Shown piece by piece: positions 19,999 to 29,376 of a DNA stretch of 64,000 nucleotides; position 1 is the first letter of the stretch, and every line of letters starts with the position of its first letter. The stretch spans positions 18,047 through 82,046 of the forward strand of contig RQOP01000051.1 in assembly GCA_008373095.1 (NCBI GenBank), read 5' to 3'. A model generated the notes under the pieces. It worked only from the letters and a program-made list of their open reading frames with translations, made no database searches and was not told the DNA's origin. The stretch is from SAR202 cluster bacterium (lineage in GTDB: Bacteria; Chloroflexota; Dehalococcoidia; Lucifugimonadales; UBA826). The translations under genes and the position numbers were made by a program.

Positions 19999-21591
19999 CT
20001 AGCGTCTTTTCTTGGTATTCCCAGGCCCCTTTCTGGTGCTTTGGTTTCTTCCCGATCCTCGTCTTTCTCTTCGTCCTGTCACTCCACCCCTTAGTTCATC
20101 TATATCTTCAGCAAATCTGATTGCTGCCCCTGCTTGTGGTGATCCTGCCCCAGCCCTGTGGACGGACCATATGTCTTCTGGTAGTTCCGATATGGATGCA
20201 GCAGTTTCTGTTACTTGTTCCTTTTTAGCTTGTTCTTCCTCTTCCATTTCAAGAAGCAGTAATTCTTCTTCTGCGGTTAGTGGGTCTTCGTCGACGTCTT
20301 TTTCTATTTCATCGTTAGGCTGTGATATTTCCGAAGGTTCTTGCTCAACATTGTCCTTTTGGCTGGCATCAGGATGTTGGTCAGTTTTAGTTTCATCTAC
20401 AACTTTTTCTTCAATAATAGGATTTGCTGTGGTCAAGCTACCTTCTATTAGTTGATAAAGCTCTTCGTCAGTTAATGACTTTTCGAGTATTTCCTCGGAT
20501 ACAGATACTTCCGCTTTTGTGTCAGGTTTCTGGACTTCCAAAGCTGCTAGGTCAACGTCCATGTCACTCTTTATGTCTACTGCCCATCCGCAAAGTTTTG
20601 CTGCTAGTCTTGCATTTTGACCTTCTTTGCCAATGGCCAATGAAAGGTGTCGGTTAGGAACTACAGCAACAGCCGTACTGTTGTCTTGGTCTACGTCTAC
20701 CCTGAGTACCTCTGATGGACTAAGAGCATTTTGAATGTACCGATTAGGGTCTTTGTTCCATTCTAGAATGTCTATTTTTTCTCCCTGTAGTTCGTTAACA
20801 ATACTCTGAATTCTGACACCTCTTAAGCCTACGCATGATCCAACTGGATCTACACCATCTTGCTTGGCTCTAACTGCTACCTTGCTTCTGGAACCGCTTT
20901 CTCGAGCTATTCCCACTATTTCAACCGCACCGTTGTAAATTTCAGGAACTTCTTGCTCGAATAATCTGCGCAATAAAATTTCATCCGCTCTTGATACGAT
21001 TAGCTCCGGTCCTCTAATCGACTCTTTGTCGATTGCTTGAAGCAAAACTTTTATTTTTGAACCTTGTCTATACCTTTCAGAGGATACCTGTTGACTCACG
21101 GGCAAAACAGCTTCTGTCCTGCCAGTATCAACAATGATTTTGTTTGGCTCTATCCTTTGGATCGTTACAGTGATTATCTCTCCTTCCCTGCCTTCATACT
21201 CAGATAGGACAATTTCCCTTTCAGCTTCTCTCAGCCTTTGAAGCACTACCTGCTTTGCAGTTTGCGCAGCTATCCTTCCTGCACTGTTTGGGATGTTTTG
21301 AGTCTTGATTACATCCCCAATGTCGGCTTTTGGATTGTAATGTTCCCTTGCTTCTTCCTTGGTAAGTTCTTGTAGCGGGTCTTCTACGGTGTCGACCACT
21401 GTCTTCACAATATCTACTTCAATATCTCCTGAACCTGGGTCAAGACTTACTGAGATGTTGTGGCCTTCAGTGACACTGTCCTTTTTAAAGGCGGACACTA
21501 GTGCCGCCTCAATAGCACCCATAACTTTATCGCGTGGGAGATTTCTTTCGGCAGCCAATTGAGTCAAAGCAATGAGGAAATCACTTTTCAT
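19999..21591 (-). CDS. nusA: transcription termination/antitermination factor NusA with long C-terminal extension
   Basis: N-terminal NusA, S1 and two KH regions (IGKEGQNARLAAKL), followed by an acidic-then-basic tail of about 187 aa. Confidence 0.9.
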   Translation of the reverse strand: MKSDFLIALTQLAAERNLPRDKVMGAIEAALVSAFKKDSVTEGHNISVSLDPGSGDIEVDIVKTVVDTVEDPLQELTKEEAREHYNPKADIGDVIKTQNIPNSAGRIAAQTAKQVVLQRLREAEREIVLSEYEGREGEIITVTIQRIEPNKIIVDTGRTEAVLPVSQQVSSERYRQGSKIKVLLQAIDKESIRGPELIVSRADEILLRRLFEQEVPEIYNGAVEIVGIARESGSRSKVAVRAKQDGVDPVGSCVGLRGVRIQSIVNELQGEKIDILEWNKDPNRYIQNALSPSEVLRVDVDQDNSTAVAVVPNRHLSLAIGKEGQNARLAAKLCGWAVDIKSDMDVDLAALEVQKPDTKAEVSVSEEILEKSLTDEELYQLIEGSLTTANPIIEEKVVDETKTDQHPDASQKDNVEQEPSEISQPNDEIEKDVDEDPLTAEEELLLLEMEEEEQAKKEQVTETAASISELPEDIWSVHRAGAGSPQAGAAIRFAEDIDELRGGVTGRRERRGSGRNQSTRKGPGNTKKRR

Positions 21592-21618
21592 AGCTAAACT
21601 GCCCCCTTTTTTTTCTCT

Positions 21619-21651
21619 AAATACGAAAGAAAGTGGGACAGGCCCACTTTC
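21619..21651 (-). terminator. terminator-like hairpin in the nusA 5' leader (candidate attenuator)
   Basis: Perfect 9-bp stem GAAAGTGGG / CCCACTTTC (21629-21651) with a 5-nt loop. On the minus strand it is followed by TTTCGTATTT, and it lies about 37 nt upstream of the nusA ATG. Confidence 0.5.
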
Positions 21652-21678
21652 AAATTACTACTCTTAAACTAGGCTGTT

Positions 21679-21708
21679 ATTATAGCATTGTCACGCCTAA
21701 TGGAACAA
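21679..21708 (-). promoter_or_regulatory. sigma70-like promoter for nusA operon
   Basis: On the minus strand: TTGTTC (21703-21708), an 18-nt spacer, then TGcTATAAT (TATAAT = 21679-21684). Confidence 0.45.
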
Positions 21709-21798
21709 CCTAGGATCCGTAATGCTGAAGGTAGTTAAATCTACTTGTAAGCACAAAATCTTTCAAAAAATATTTAAGCAAAAGGAAAAAAGGAAAAT

Positions 21799-22557
21799 TT
21801 GATTCCTTTAAAGAGCATAACCGCTCCGGTTTTTTGGGTGTTATTTATTATCACAATTGGTTTGTCGTCCTCTTGTGGATCCAGTGATGAGCAGGTAGTT
21901 GTATTTGCGGCAGCAAGTCTCACCGATGTTTTGAATGATGTGAAAAAAAGATATGAGTTGGAACATGAAAGTACTGTTCAATTTAATTTTGGAGGTTCTC
22001 AGGCCTTGGCAATTGAATTATCAAAAGGTTCGCCAGGAGATGTTTTTATCTCAGCCGGAAACCCACCAATGAAATTTTTGACCGAAGAAGCCGATATTGA
22101 AATTTCAAGTACATCTGTGGTTGCCCATAATTCTCTCATAGTGGTAACAAAATCGGAGGAAATTGAATTAGACGGTTATAGCAATTTGTTGGACTTGGAT
22201 TTAATAGCGATAGCTGATCCAAGCCTTGCTCCAGCAGGGTTTTATTCCCAACAATTTTTGATAAATACTGAGTTGTGGATGGATCTCCAAGATAAACTCG
22301 TTTTTGCGGCAGATGTAAGGGCCGCCTTAAATTATGTGAAGTCAGGTAATGTAGACGCTGCTATCGTTTATATGACAGACGGCATGACAGAACCTCAATT
22401 GCAGATAAGAAAAATTGTTCCTTCGACCTCTTACTCCAATATTTCTTATCCAATCGCTGTGATTCGAAACAAAAAAACGAGCCTTAGTGATATTTTCGTT
22501 GATTTCCTACTGTCCTCTGAAATTGAGCAGCTTTTCCTCTCGTATGGTTTTAAGTGA
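21799..22557 (+). CDS. modA: molybdate ABC transporter substrate-binding protein
   Basis: Signal/lipobox-like N-terminus (LSSSCGS). VFAAASLTDV and FNFGGSQALAIEL motifs. Confidence 0.85.
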   Translation: MIPLKSITAPVFWVLFIITIGLSSSCGSSDEQVVVFAAASLTDVLNDVKKRYELEHESTVQFNFGGSQALAIELSKGSPGDVFISAGNPPMKFLTEEADIEISSTSVVAHNSLIVVTKSEEIELDGYSNLLDLDLIAIADPSLAPAGFYSQQFLINTELWMDLQDKLVFAADVRAALNYVKSGNVDAAIVYMTDGMTEPQLQIRKIVPSTSYSNISYPIAVIRNKKTSLSDIFVDFLLSSEIEQLFLSYGFK

Positions 22558-22564
22558 ATAAATA

Positions 22565-23233
22565 TTGGTTGAATTAATCCTGCTATCCATAAAAGTTGCG
22601 GCTGTTGCCACTCTAATTAATATTCCGATCGCTGTGTATATAGGGTGGTTGATTGGGAGAAGAAATATCAGGGGGAAATTAATTTTGGAGACTGTCATTT
22701 CTTTGCCATTGGCTTTACCGCCTGTTGTGACAGGATATTTTCTACTCATTTTGGTAGGTAGAGAATCTGCTATAGGCCAGATTTCTCAATTTTTGTTTGG
22801 CAACGATATTGTTTTTACTTGGGTAGCCTCTGCAATAGCTGCATCCGTTGTTTCCTTTCCTTTGATGGTTCGGGCAATCATCGTTGCCATGCAAGGCGTT
22901 GATACTACCTTAGAAAGATCGGCTCGTTCCCTCGGAGCCGGGCCAATTCGGACATTTTTACAAATAACTTTGCCCTTGTGTTACAACGGTTTAGTGGCAG
23001 GAATACTGCTTGGATTTGTTAGGGCCATTGGGGAATTTGGTGCAACCATAGTTGTGGCTGGTAACATTCCTGGTAGAACTCAAACAATCCCATTGGCTAT
23101 ATACAGCAAAGTCCAGCTGGGGAAAGATTCAGAAGCCATAAATTTGATAATAATATCTACAGTATTGGCCATTATTACCCTGATAATTCACCATTGGTTA
23201 ATTGTCAGAGGAACTAGGAAATCTCAAAGGTAA
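22565..23233 (+). CDS. modB: molybdate ABC transporter permease
   Basis: Five TM segments and an EAA-like loop (ERSARSLGAGPIRTFLQITLP). Confidence 0.85.
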   Translation: MVELILLSIKVAAVATLINIPIAVYIGWLIGRRNIRGKLILETVISLPLALPPVVTGYFLLILVGRESAIGQISQFLFGNDIVFTWVASAIAASVVSFPLMVRAIIVAMQGVDTTLERSARSLGAGPIRTFLQITLPLCYNGLVAGILLGFVRAIGEFGATIVVAGNIPGRTQTIPLAIYSKVQLGKDSEAINLIIISTVLAIITLIIHHWLIVRGTRKSQR

Positions 23234-23239
23234 TGCCTA

Positions 23240-24319
23240 ATGGTTCTTGAAATAGATATCAAAAAGGAATATAACGAATTTCAATTACTTATAGACGCGG
23301 TCACGGAAGAAGGGATAACTGGTATTTTTGGACCTTCGGCTAGCGGCAAGTCAACTCTTTTGAACTGTATTGCTGGTTTCGAAAAACCTGATTGCGGACT
23401 GATAGCCCTAAATTCCGAAATTTTGTTTTCATCAACAGGTAGAATCAGCATTCCCACAGAAAGGCGAAGGATCGGATATGTGCATCAGCATTCTGCACTT
23501 TTTCCTCATTTAACAGTAAGGAGGAATGTGGAATTTGGATTCAATTTAACTGAAAACTCTAGAAAGGTGGTAAATTTTCAAGAACTGATCAGCTTATTTC
23601 GGTTGCAAAATATCATGGATCGTGGCGTCACGAATTTGTCAGGCGGAGAACGTCAGAGGGTCGCTTTGGCTAGAAGTTTGGCAGCAGCTCCAGAGTTATT
23701 GCTTTTAGACGAACCATTAGCTTCGTTGGATTTACCTTTTAGAGGATTCATATTGGAAAAGTTAAAAGAGGTTTCTCGGACCTTGGGATTGAACATGATT
23801 TATGTTTCCCATTCGATTTCAGAAATGATGGCTTTGGTTGATTCCGTAATTGTCATCAGTGACGGGAAGAAACTAGCTGAAGGGAATCCGTCATTGCTGC
23901 TGAATAACGGCGAGGTTGCAGATTACGTAGATTACAGTTCTTTGGAAAATATTCTCCAAGGTACAGTGGAGGAGCACTTAAGTTCCACATTATCAGCAGT
24001 ATCCGTTGGGGCCGCAAAGCTTGTCACCCCTAAACTGACGTTGGATATCGGAGACCCAATAAATGTTTCAATAAAAGCAGCTGATATTATCGTCAGCAAG
24101 TATCTTCCTAGTGGTATAAGCGCTAGAAACGTACTAAAAGGGTTTGTTTCGCGAACTAATAAGTCGACTAATTTCACATTTTTGGATTGCGATATTGGTG
24201 GTGTAAGTCTTATAGCAGCGCTTACTAATCATTCTCTAGTGGAACTTGGAATTGAGAACGGTGACGATATTTTTTTGATCCTAAAGGCGACGAGCATTAC
24301 CCCTATGGAATCGTTGTGA
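23240..24319 (+). CDS. modC: molybdate ABC transporter ATP-binding protein with C-terminal TOBE-like domain
   Basis: Walker A GPSASGKST, signature LSGGERQR, Walker B LLLLDEP, and a C-terminal extension of about 120 aa. Confidence 0.85.
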   Translation: MVLEIDIKKEYNEFQLLIDAVTEEGITGIFGPSASGKSTLLNCIAGFEKPDCGLIALNSEILFSSTGRISIPTERRRIGYVHQHSALFPHLTVRRNVEFGFNLTENSRKVVNFQELISLFRLQNIMDRGVTNLSGGERQRVALARSLAAAPELLLLDEPLASLDLPFRGFILEKLKEVSRTLGLNMIYVSHSISEMMALVDSVIVISDGKKLAEGNPSLLLNNGEVADYVDYSSLENILQGTVEEHLSSTLSAVSVGAAKLVTPKLTLDIGDPINVSIKAADIIVSKYLPSGISARNVLKGFVSRTNKSTNFTFLDCDIGGVSLIAALTNHSLVELGIENGDDIFLILKATSITPMESL

Positions 24320-24341
24320 GTACGACAATGCTACCTGAAGG

Positions 24342-25574
24342 TTATATGAGCAAGTTGTTTTCAGATTTAACTAGGTTACCCTGAGATAGTATTGTATTAA
24401 CGTCGTGAAGGGTGCTTATGTCGGTGGAAGGGTCTCCATTTACAACCACAATATCTGCAGATTTCTCTTTTTCAATCGTTCCTATTTGATCTTCCATGCC
24501 AAGGCATTCCGCTGAAGTTTTGGTTGAACAAGTTATCGCCTCTAGAGGGGATATATTCATGTCGTTTACCATGACCTCTGGGATGTAGGCGAAATCGTCA
24601 AAATGAGCATTTGTCATCCCTGAATCCATTCCAGTAACGAATCTAACGCCTCGATCCCACATATCTCTCAAGATTTCAAATCGCTTCTCAGGGTCTCTCA
24701 TTGCACCAGAGTCGGGTTTGATTGGTCTTCCACGTAGGCTGTTGAGGTGCGATAGGGCTAAAGTTGGATCTACGTAGATACCCTTTTCCGCTATCTGGTC
24801 TGCCACATCTGGATCGTAGTCGTATTGTTCAGAGGGATCGCTCGATAACCATGAGCAATGTATGAGATTGTGTATCCCAGCTTCCACACAATTTTTCACA
24901 CCTTCAGTAGCGTGGCAATGGGCCGCAACTTTAAGTCCAAGTCGATCTGCATCATGTACGGCATTTTTAAGAACGTCTGCCGTGTACTGGGGGGCCCTCA
25001 CATTGGTACCTGGGGTAAATCCTCCTCCAGTTGACATTATTTTTATGCAATCAGCTCCTAGTTTAAATTGTTGTCGGATGGCTTTAACTACTTCTGCAGA
25101 GGTGTTCGCCTCCGTTCCAAACATATTGCAGTGCCCACCTGTTGTGGTTATTGGCGTTCCAGCGACGAGTAATCTAGGACCGGGAATGATTCCGTCACTA
25201 ATTCCTTGCCGGAGAGGGAACACAACTTCATTTCTACTTCCTAGATCCCTCATTGTGGTGACACCTGAAGAAAGTGCTGCTCTAACAGCTTGAGTGCCTC
25301 GTAGTAGGAAAGTTTCGTTGCTTTCTGTTGTTATGTGTTCATAGGCATCTGCTTCAGAACTACAATGTATGTGTGAGTGCATTTCGATAAATCCGGGAAG
25401 AATAGAACCTCCTGGAACTGTAAGTATTTCAGCGTTACTTTTATCAGATTGCGTTAGCTGGTCAGAGGTACAGACTTTTATGATTTTTCCTTCCTCAGTT
25501 ACTACAGCACCATTCTTTAAAGGTTCTGACCCTGATCCATCTATTAGTCTGTCTGCTTGAATAATATATTTCAT
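24342..25574 (-). CDS. metal-dependent amidohydrolase-family protein
   Basis: PGFIEMHSHIH (HxH), AAHCH and a C-terminal ADIVVV motif, all typical of Amidohydro_1. Confidence 0.75.
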   Translation of the reverse strand: MKYIIQADRLIDGSGSEPLKNGAVVTEEGKIIKVCTSDQLTQSDKSNAEILTVPGGSILPGFIEMHSHIHCSSEADAYEHITTESNETFLLRGTQAVRAALSSGVTTMRDLGSRNEVVFPLRQGISDGIIPGPRLLVAGTPITTTGGHCNMFGTEANTSAEVVKAIRQQFKLGADCIKIMSTGGGFTPGTNVRAPQYTADVLKNAVHDADRLGLKVAAHCHATEGVKNCVEAGIHNLIHCSWLSSDPSEQYDYDPDVADQIAEKGIYVDPTLALSHLNSLRGRPIKPDSGAMRDPEKRFEILRDMWDRGVRFVTGMDSGMTNAHFDDFAYIPEVMVNDMNISPLEAITCSTKTSAECLGMEDQIGTIEKEKSADIVVVNGDPSTDISTLHDVNTILSQGNLVKSENNLLI

Positions 25575-25703
25575 GAATTGTGTTCCATCTCTTGTAAAGT
25601 TGCGGGCATTATATAGGAAGTAAGCATGGTGAAGAGTCCGAGGTCAGTTGCTCTGCCTGAGGCTCCGCAATATACTTCTTTTTGCTTAACAATTGGAGGA
25701 AAC

Positions 25704-26456
25704 ATGAGTGAATTAATTTGGTCAGTAAATCCATTCGGCGGAGCGGTCATTGATCCGAATTCAGTGTCATCTACAGTTACTGAATTTGCTTCATCCTTAT
25801 TGGAATCTGTACCCAAATGGCGTGATGAGAACATAAAAGTGGCATGGTTGGAGATACCAAAAGGTTCTTTTAGTGCTATTGCGACAGCATCGGAAGAGGG
25901 GTTTGTATTTCACCATGCTACAGAAGACTATGCCATGATGACATTGCAAGTTGAAGAAGACGCCTTCGTACCACCTTATGCAACCCATTACATAGGAATT
26001 GGTGGAGTTGTTATAAATCAAAATAGAGAATTATTGGTAGTGTCGGAGAGGTATCGGGCAGCAGGTCGGGGTCCCGGATATAAATTGCCAGGTGGAGCCT
26101 TGCAACCCGGAGAACATTTAGCGGAGGCTGCGGTAAGAGAAGTCTACGAAGAAACCGGTATTTCTACTACATTTGAGGCCCTTACATTTTTTAGACATTG
26201 GCATGGGTATCGGTATGGTAAGTCTGATATTTATTTCGTAGCTAGGTTGTCTCCGCTTGATAACGATATAACAATGCAAGAAGAAGAAATCGCCGAATGT
26301 CTATGGATGCCTGTAGATCAGTTCCTAAATGAAGAATCTGTTCATTTGTTCAACAAAACAATAGTGAGATCTGCCACAGAGAACGAAGGTTTAAAAGTTA
26401 CGCCGATTAATGGCTACGAGCCTGCAGATAAATTCGAATTTTTTATGCCTCATTAA
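25704..26456 (+). CDS. Nudix hydrolase
   Basis: Nudix box GGALQPGEHLAEAAVREVYEETGI. I prefer the ATG at 25704 after GGAGGA over the track start at 25626. Confidence 0.8.
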   Translation: MSELIWSVNPFGGAVIDPNSVSSTVTEFASSLLESVPKWRDENIKVAWLEIPKGSFSAIATASEEGFVFHHATEDYAMMTLQVEEDAFVPPYATHYIGIGGVVINQNRELLVVSERYRAAGRGPGYKLPGGALQPGEHLAEAAVREVYEETGISTTFEALTFFRHWHGYRYGKSDIYFVARLSPLDNDITMQEEEIAECLWMPVDQFLNEESVHLFNKTIVRSATENEGLKVTPINGYEPADKFEFFMPH

Positions 26457-26538
26457 TGGCAAAATAATAAATTTTGTGGGCTGGACGTCTTGAGGAGTCA
26501 ACAACGGTCTAAATGATTGCTGGAAAAGGAGTGAAAAA

Positions 26539-27255
26539 ATGGAAACGAACCTAAAACAGAGAATTAGGTCTGGGGAAATATTGATCGGTGTTTCGGTGCC
26601 TTTGGACGCCACTGAATCTGAAATGGAGACGATCATTAGTAAAGACGACTACGCTTTTGTTTTTACAGATAGCCAACACGGTCCTTTCAATGAAGAAACC
26701 TTGGTGAACTTTTGTCAATTTGCTAGTAACTTAGGAATTCCTTCGCAATTTCGTATTAAGCATACAAGGCATACCTATTTGATCGGTAACATACTTGATC
26801 TAGGCCCGACGGGAATTGAGGTTCCTCAAGTTGAAACTCTAGAAACTGTCCAAGAGGCCGTTCATTATTTCTATTATCCGCAGAAGGGTGGTAGGAGCGT
26901 TGGTGGGGCCGCCAGATATATGGTCGAAGGAAGGTCAGAGAGAATCGAATACGGTAATTGGTGGAATTCAACCGGATTTTTATCTATACAGATGGAATCA
27001 TTAAGGGCCGTAACTACTGCAAGTAAATTAGCTATTGACGGCGTCGATTGTCTTACTTGGGGGCCTAATGATTTGCTCTACGACATGGAGGCTCATCCTA
27101 ATCATCCAATCCAGACTGTAGATGACTGTGTCAAGCATGCCCTTGATCAGCTGCAAGGTACTCAAACGCGGATCAGTTTCCGGAGTTACGATCATAATCT
27201 GAGAAATAAATACATAGATATGGGAGTAACGGTTCTCATGGAGCACCCTAAATAA
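26539..27255 (+). CDS. HpcH/HpaI-family aldolase
   Basis: FTDSQHGP (the DxEH-like motif), LDLGPTGIEVPQVET and YPQKGGRSVGG motifs. Confidence 0.65.
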   Translation: METNLKQRIRSGEILIGVSVPLDATESEMETIISKDDYAFVFTDSQHGPFNEETLVNFCQFASNLGIPSQFRIKHTRHTYLIGNILDLGPTGIEVPQVETLETVQEAVHYFYYPQKGGRSVGGAARYMVEGRSERIEYGNWWNSTGFLSIQMESLRAVTTASKLAIDGVDCLTWGPNDLLYDMEAHPNHPIQTVDDCVKHALDQLQGTQTRISFRSYDHNLRNKYIDMGVTVLMEHPK

Positions 27256-27296
27256 GTGCAGCTTAGTTGAAGATAGCAAATCAACTACTAAACAAA

Positions 27297-27326
27297 TTGA
27301 CACTCTTCCGGTGATGTAAGTAGAAT
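27297..27326 (+). promoter_or_regulatory. sigma70-like promoter for rpmH operon
   Basis: TTGACA (27297-27302), an 18-nt spacer, TAGAAT (27321-27326). Confidence 0.55.
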
Positions 27327-27352
27327 TTGTAGGTTAATTTAAGGGAATACCA

Positions 27353-27490
27353 ATGCCAAAAAGAACCTATCAACCCAAAAACAGAAGACGCATGAGAGTG
27401 CACGGTTTCAGATCACGTATGAGTACCAAGGCTGGCAGAAATGTCCTCAAGAGAAGGATGTTCAAAGGGCGACATAAATTAACTGTTTAA
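27353..27490 (+). CDS. rpmH: 50S ribosomal protein L34
   Basis: Missing from the ORF track because it is under 60 aa. Hand translation gives [45 protein letters not shown], and it sits upstream of rnpA. Confidence 0.95.
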   Translation: MPKRTYQPKNRRRMRVHGFRSRMSTKAGRNVLKRRMFKGRHKLTV

Positions 27491-27552
27491 ATTTATTTTT
27501 ACAGTTTGAGCGCTTTAATACCGCAAGGGATAAACATATACAGAGTGGTTGC

Positions 27553-27900
27553 ATGCGAAAATATCAGAAATTGCGTAGGGCCTCTGAATTTGATTCTGTC
27601 AAAAAGTATGGCGATGGGTTTTCTGATTCCAATATTGTGATGTTGGTCATGAACAGAGACGTAGTAGGGGAGAGTGGCGAATCTCGGCTCGGGTTTGTTG
27701 TCTCAAAAAGAATTGGAGGCGCTGTTGTAAGGAATAAATTTAAAAGGAGACTCAGAGAATCTGCTGTTTCAATATCCCTTGTTGATGGAATGGATATTGT
27801 TTTTATAGCAAAACAGGGTATTTTGAAGTCTGATTTCAACCAAATATCTTCTTCAGTGCATAAACTACTAGACAATGCCAACCTTATATCCATCGAGTAG
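27553..27900 (+). CDS. rnpA: ribonuclease P protein component
   Basis: LRRASEFDSV and GFVVSKRIGGAVVRNKFKRRLRE motifs. Confidence 0.9.
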   Translation: MRKYQKLRRASEFDSVKKYGDGFSDSNIVMLVMNRDVVGESGESRLGFVVSKRIGGAVVRNKFKRRLRESAVSISLVDGMDIVFIAKQGILKSDFNQISSSVHKLLDNANLISIE

Positions 27901-28147
27901 ACGTGAATATAGAGTGAATCCAATTACAATCAATCCCGCTAGGCCCATTACGCTATCCCTGTTAAAGTTCTATAAGCGTTTTGTTTCACCTTTTTTACCT
28001 GTCTCTTGCAGGCATCTGCCGACGTGTTCAGAGTATGCTTACTTAGCAATAGAAAAACATGGGGTGTTTCGAGGTGCAGTTATCACTGCAAAAAGATTAC
28101 TTAGGTGCAGACCCTATGGAACCAAGGGTTATGATCCTGTTCCATAG
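27875..28147 (+). CDS. yidD: membrane protein insertion efficiency factor YidD
   Basis: YKRFVSPFLPVSCRHLPTCSEYA...RCRPYGTKGYDPVP. The start may instead be the in-frame GTG at 27914. Confidence 0.88.
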   Translation: MPTLYPSSRREYRVNPITINPARPITLSLLKFYKRFVSPFLPVSCRHLPTCSEYAYLAIEKHGVFRGAVITAKRLLRCRPYGTKGYDPVP

Positions 28148-28190
28148 TCACATTCGACATATACCATGAGAGACTGGACATTATTGAAGT

Positions 28191-29354
28191 ATGTTTTTTA
28201 GAAACAAAAAATTAGCCGTTTGCCTAATTTTGCTGTTCCTTGTCAGTATTGGTTGTACAAGAATTAATAGTGCCCAAGGTTGGTCAGGTGCTTTGATTAA
28301 CGGAAGTCATCTCATTCTTACAAGTATGGATGGTCATATTATGGTGTTGGATAAACAGACTGGGAAACACCATTGGAAACCAGACTTGATAAGGGTGAAC
28401 GAAAAAGAAGAAGACAAGCGGGCATCATACGGAATCCCCGTTGTATCCAAAGGAATTGTTTTTGTAGGTGTTTACGACGGTAAAATCCAGGCTATAGAAG
28501 AGGACACCGGCAGAATTGTGGAAACCGAAGTGGTTAGTGATGACTTTGAGATAATTGGCGGTCCTTTGATCAGTAATAACAAACTGTATATTGGTTCTAG
28601 TGATGGGGTGCTTAGGTCTTACATTCTGGATTTTTCAAATGAGCAGGTTTCATTCAACGATGATTGGGAATTCAAAGTAGGTGGGGAGATATGGTCCACC
28701 CCTGTAGTATCGGATGGAATTCTAATAATCACTTCCCTTGACCATAATATATACGCTATTGAAGAGGATACGGGTGAATTAATTTGGAAATCAGCGACAG
28801 GAGGTGCGATAGCAGCAACTCCTTTGGTGTATAACGATACAGTTTATGTAGGTTCTTTCGATAGTGTATTTTATGCATTTGATTTGCCTACTGGAGAGGA
28901 AAAGTGGACTTTTGAGAAAGCATCAAATTGGTATTGGGGTAAGCCTGCTATTGGTGGAGAGACAATTTACATTCCCTCTCTGGATGGCAAACTTTATGCA
29001 TTGGATGCAAATTCAGGTAGGAAAGAATGGGAATTGGAAACTGAGGGAGCAATTGTTGGATCTCCAGCTATAGTTGCCGACATGGTGGTTATAGGGTCCA
29101 CAGATGGGGAAATACGTATAGTTGAGGCAAATTCAGGTGAACTTCTAGGTAGTTGTGACGTTGGTAAAAGTATAGAATCCCCAATAACGTCGGAAGGTTC
29201 AGATGTGTATTTTAGTGTAAGAGATCATTCTGTGAGAGCCATCACAATTAAGCCAAATGGAAACCCAGATGAAAAATGGGATGCTCCATATTTCTCCAAT
29301 CTACTGAAAGATGATAAGAGTCCACAGCCTAGTGATTGGTCGCCTGACTGTTGA
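28191..29354 (+). CDS. PQQ-like beta-propeller repeat lipoprotein (BamB-like fold)
   Basis: Lipobox LVSIGC. Repeated units of the form G.vyvGS.DG.lyAld..tGe..W occur at least 7 times. Confidence 0.75.
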   Translation: MFFRNKKLAVCLILLFLVSIGCTRINSAQGWSGALINGSHLILTSMDGHIMVLDKQTGKHHWKPDLIRVNEKEEDKRASYGIPVVSKGIVFVGVYDGKIQAIEEDTGRIVETEVVSDDFEIIGGPLISNNKLYIGSSDGVLRSYILDFSNEQVSFNDDWEFKVGGEIWSTPVVSDGILIITSLDHNIYAIEEDTGELIWKSATGGAIAATPLVYNDTVYVGSFDSVFYAFDLPTGEEKWTFEKASNWYWGKPAIGGETIYIPSLDGKLYALDANSGRKEWELETEGAIVGSPAIVADMVVIGSTDGEIRIVEANSGELLGSCDVGKSIESPITSEGSDVYFSVRDHSVRAITIKPNGNPDEKWDAPYFSNLLKDDKSPQPSDWSPDC

Positions 29355-29376
29355 TCAAATATAGAGGACAATAATT

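Noticed and set aside
20012-20455. 147-aa plus-strand ORF antisense to the nusA tail. Similar antisense ORFs occur in infB, trpF (3747-4223), the crotonase (33114-33551) and the amidohydrolase (24862-25293).
   Set aside because: These are Ser-rich antisense translations of GA-rich or acidic coding sequence. None has an RBS or homology features.
25626-25703. Upstream extension of the Nudix ORF (track start 25626).
   Set aside because: ATG 25704 follows GGAGGA. The extension would run into the divergent amidohydrolase promoter region.
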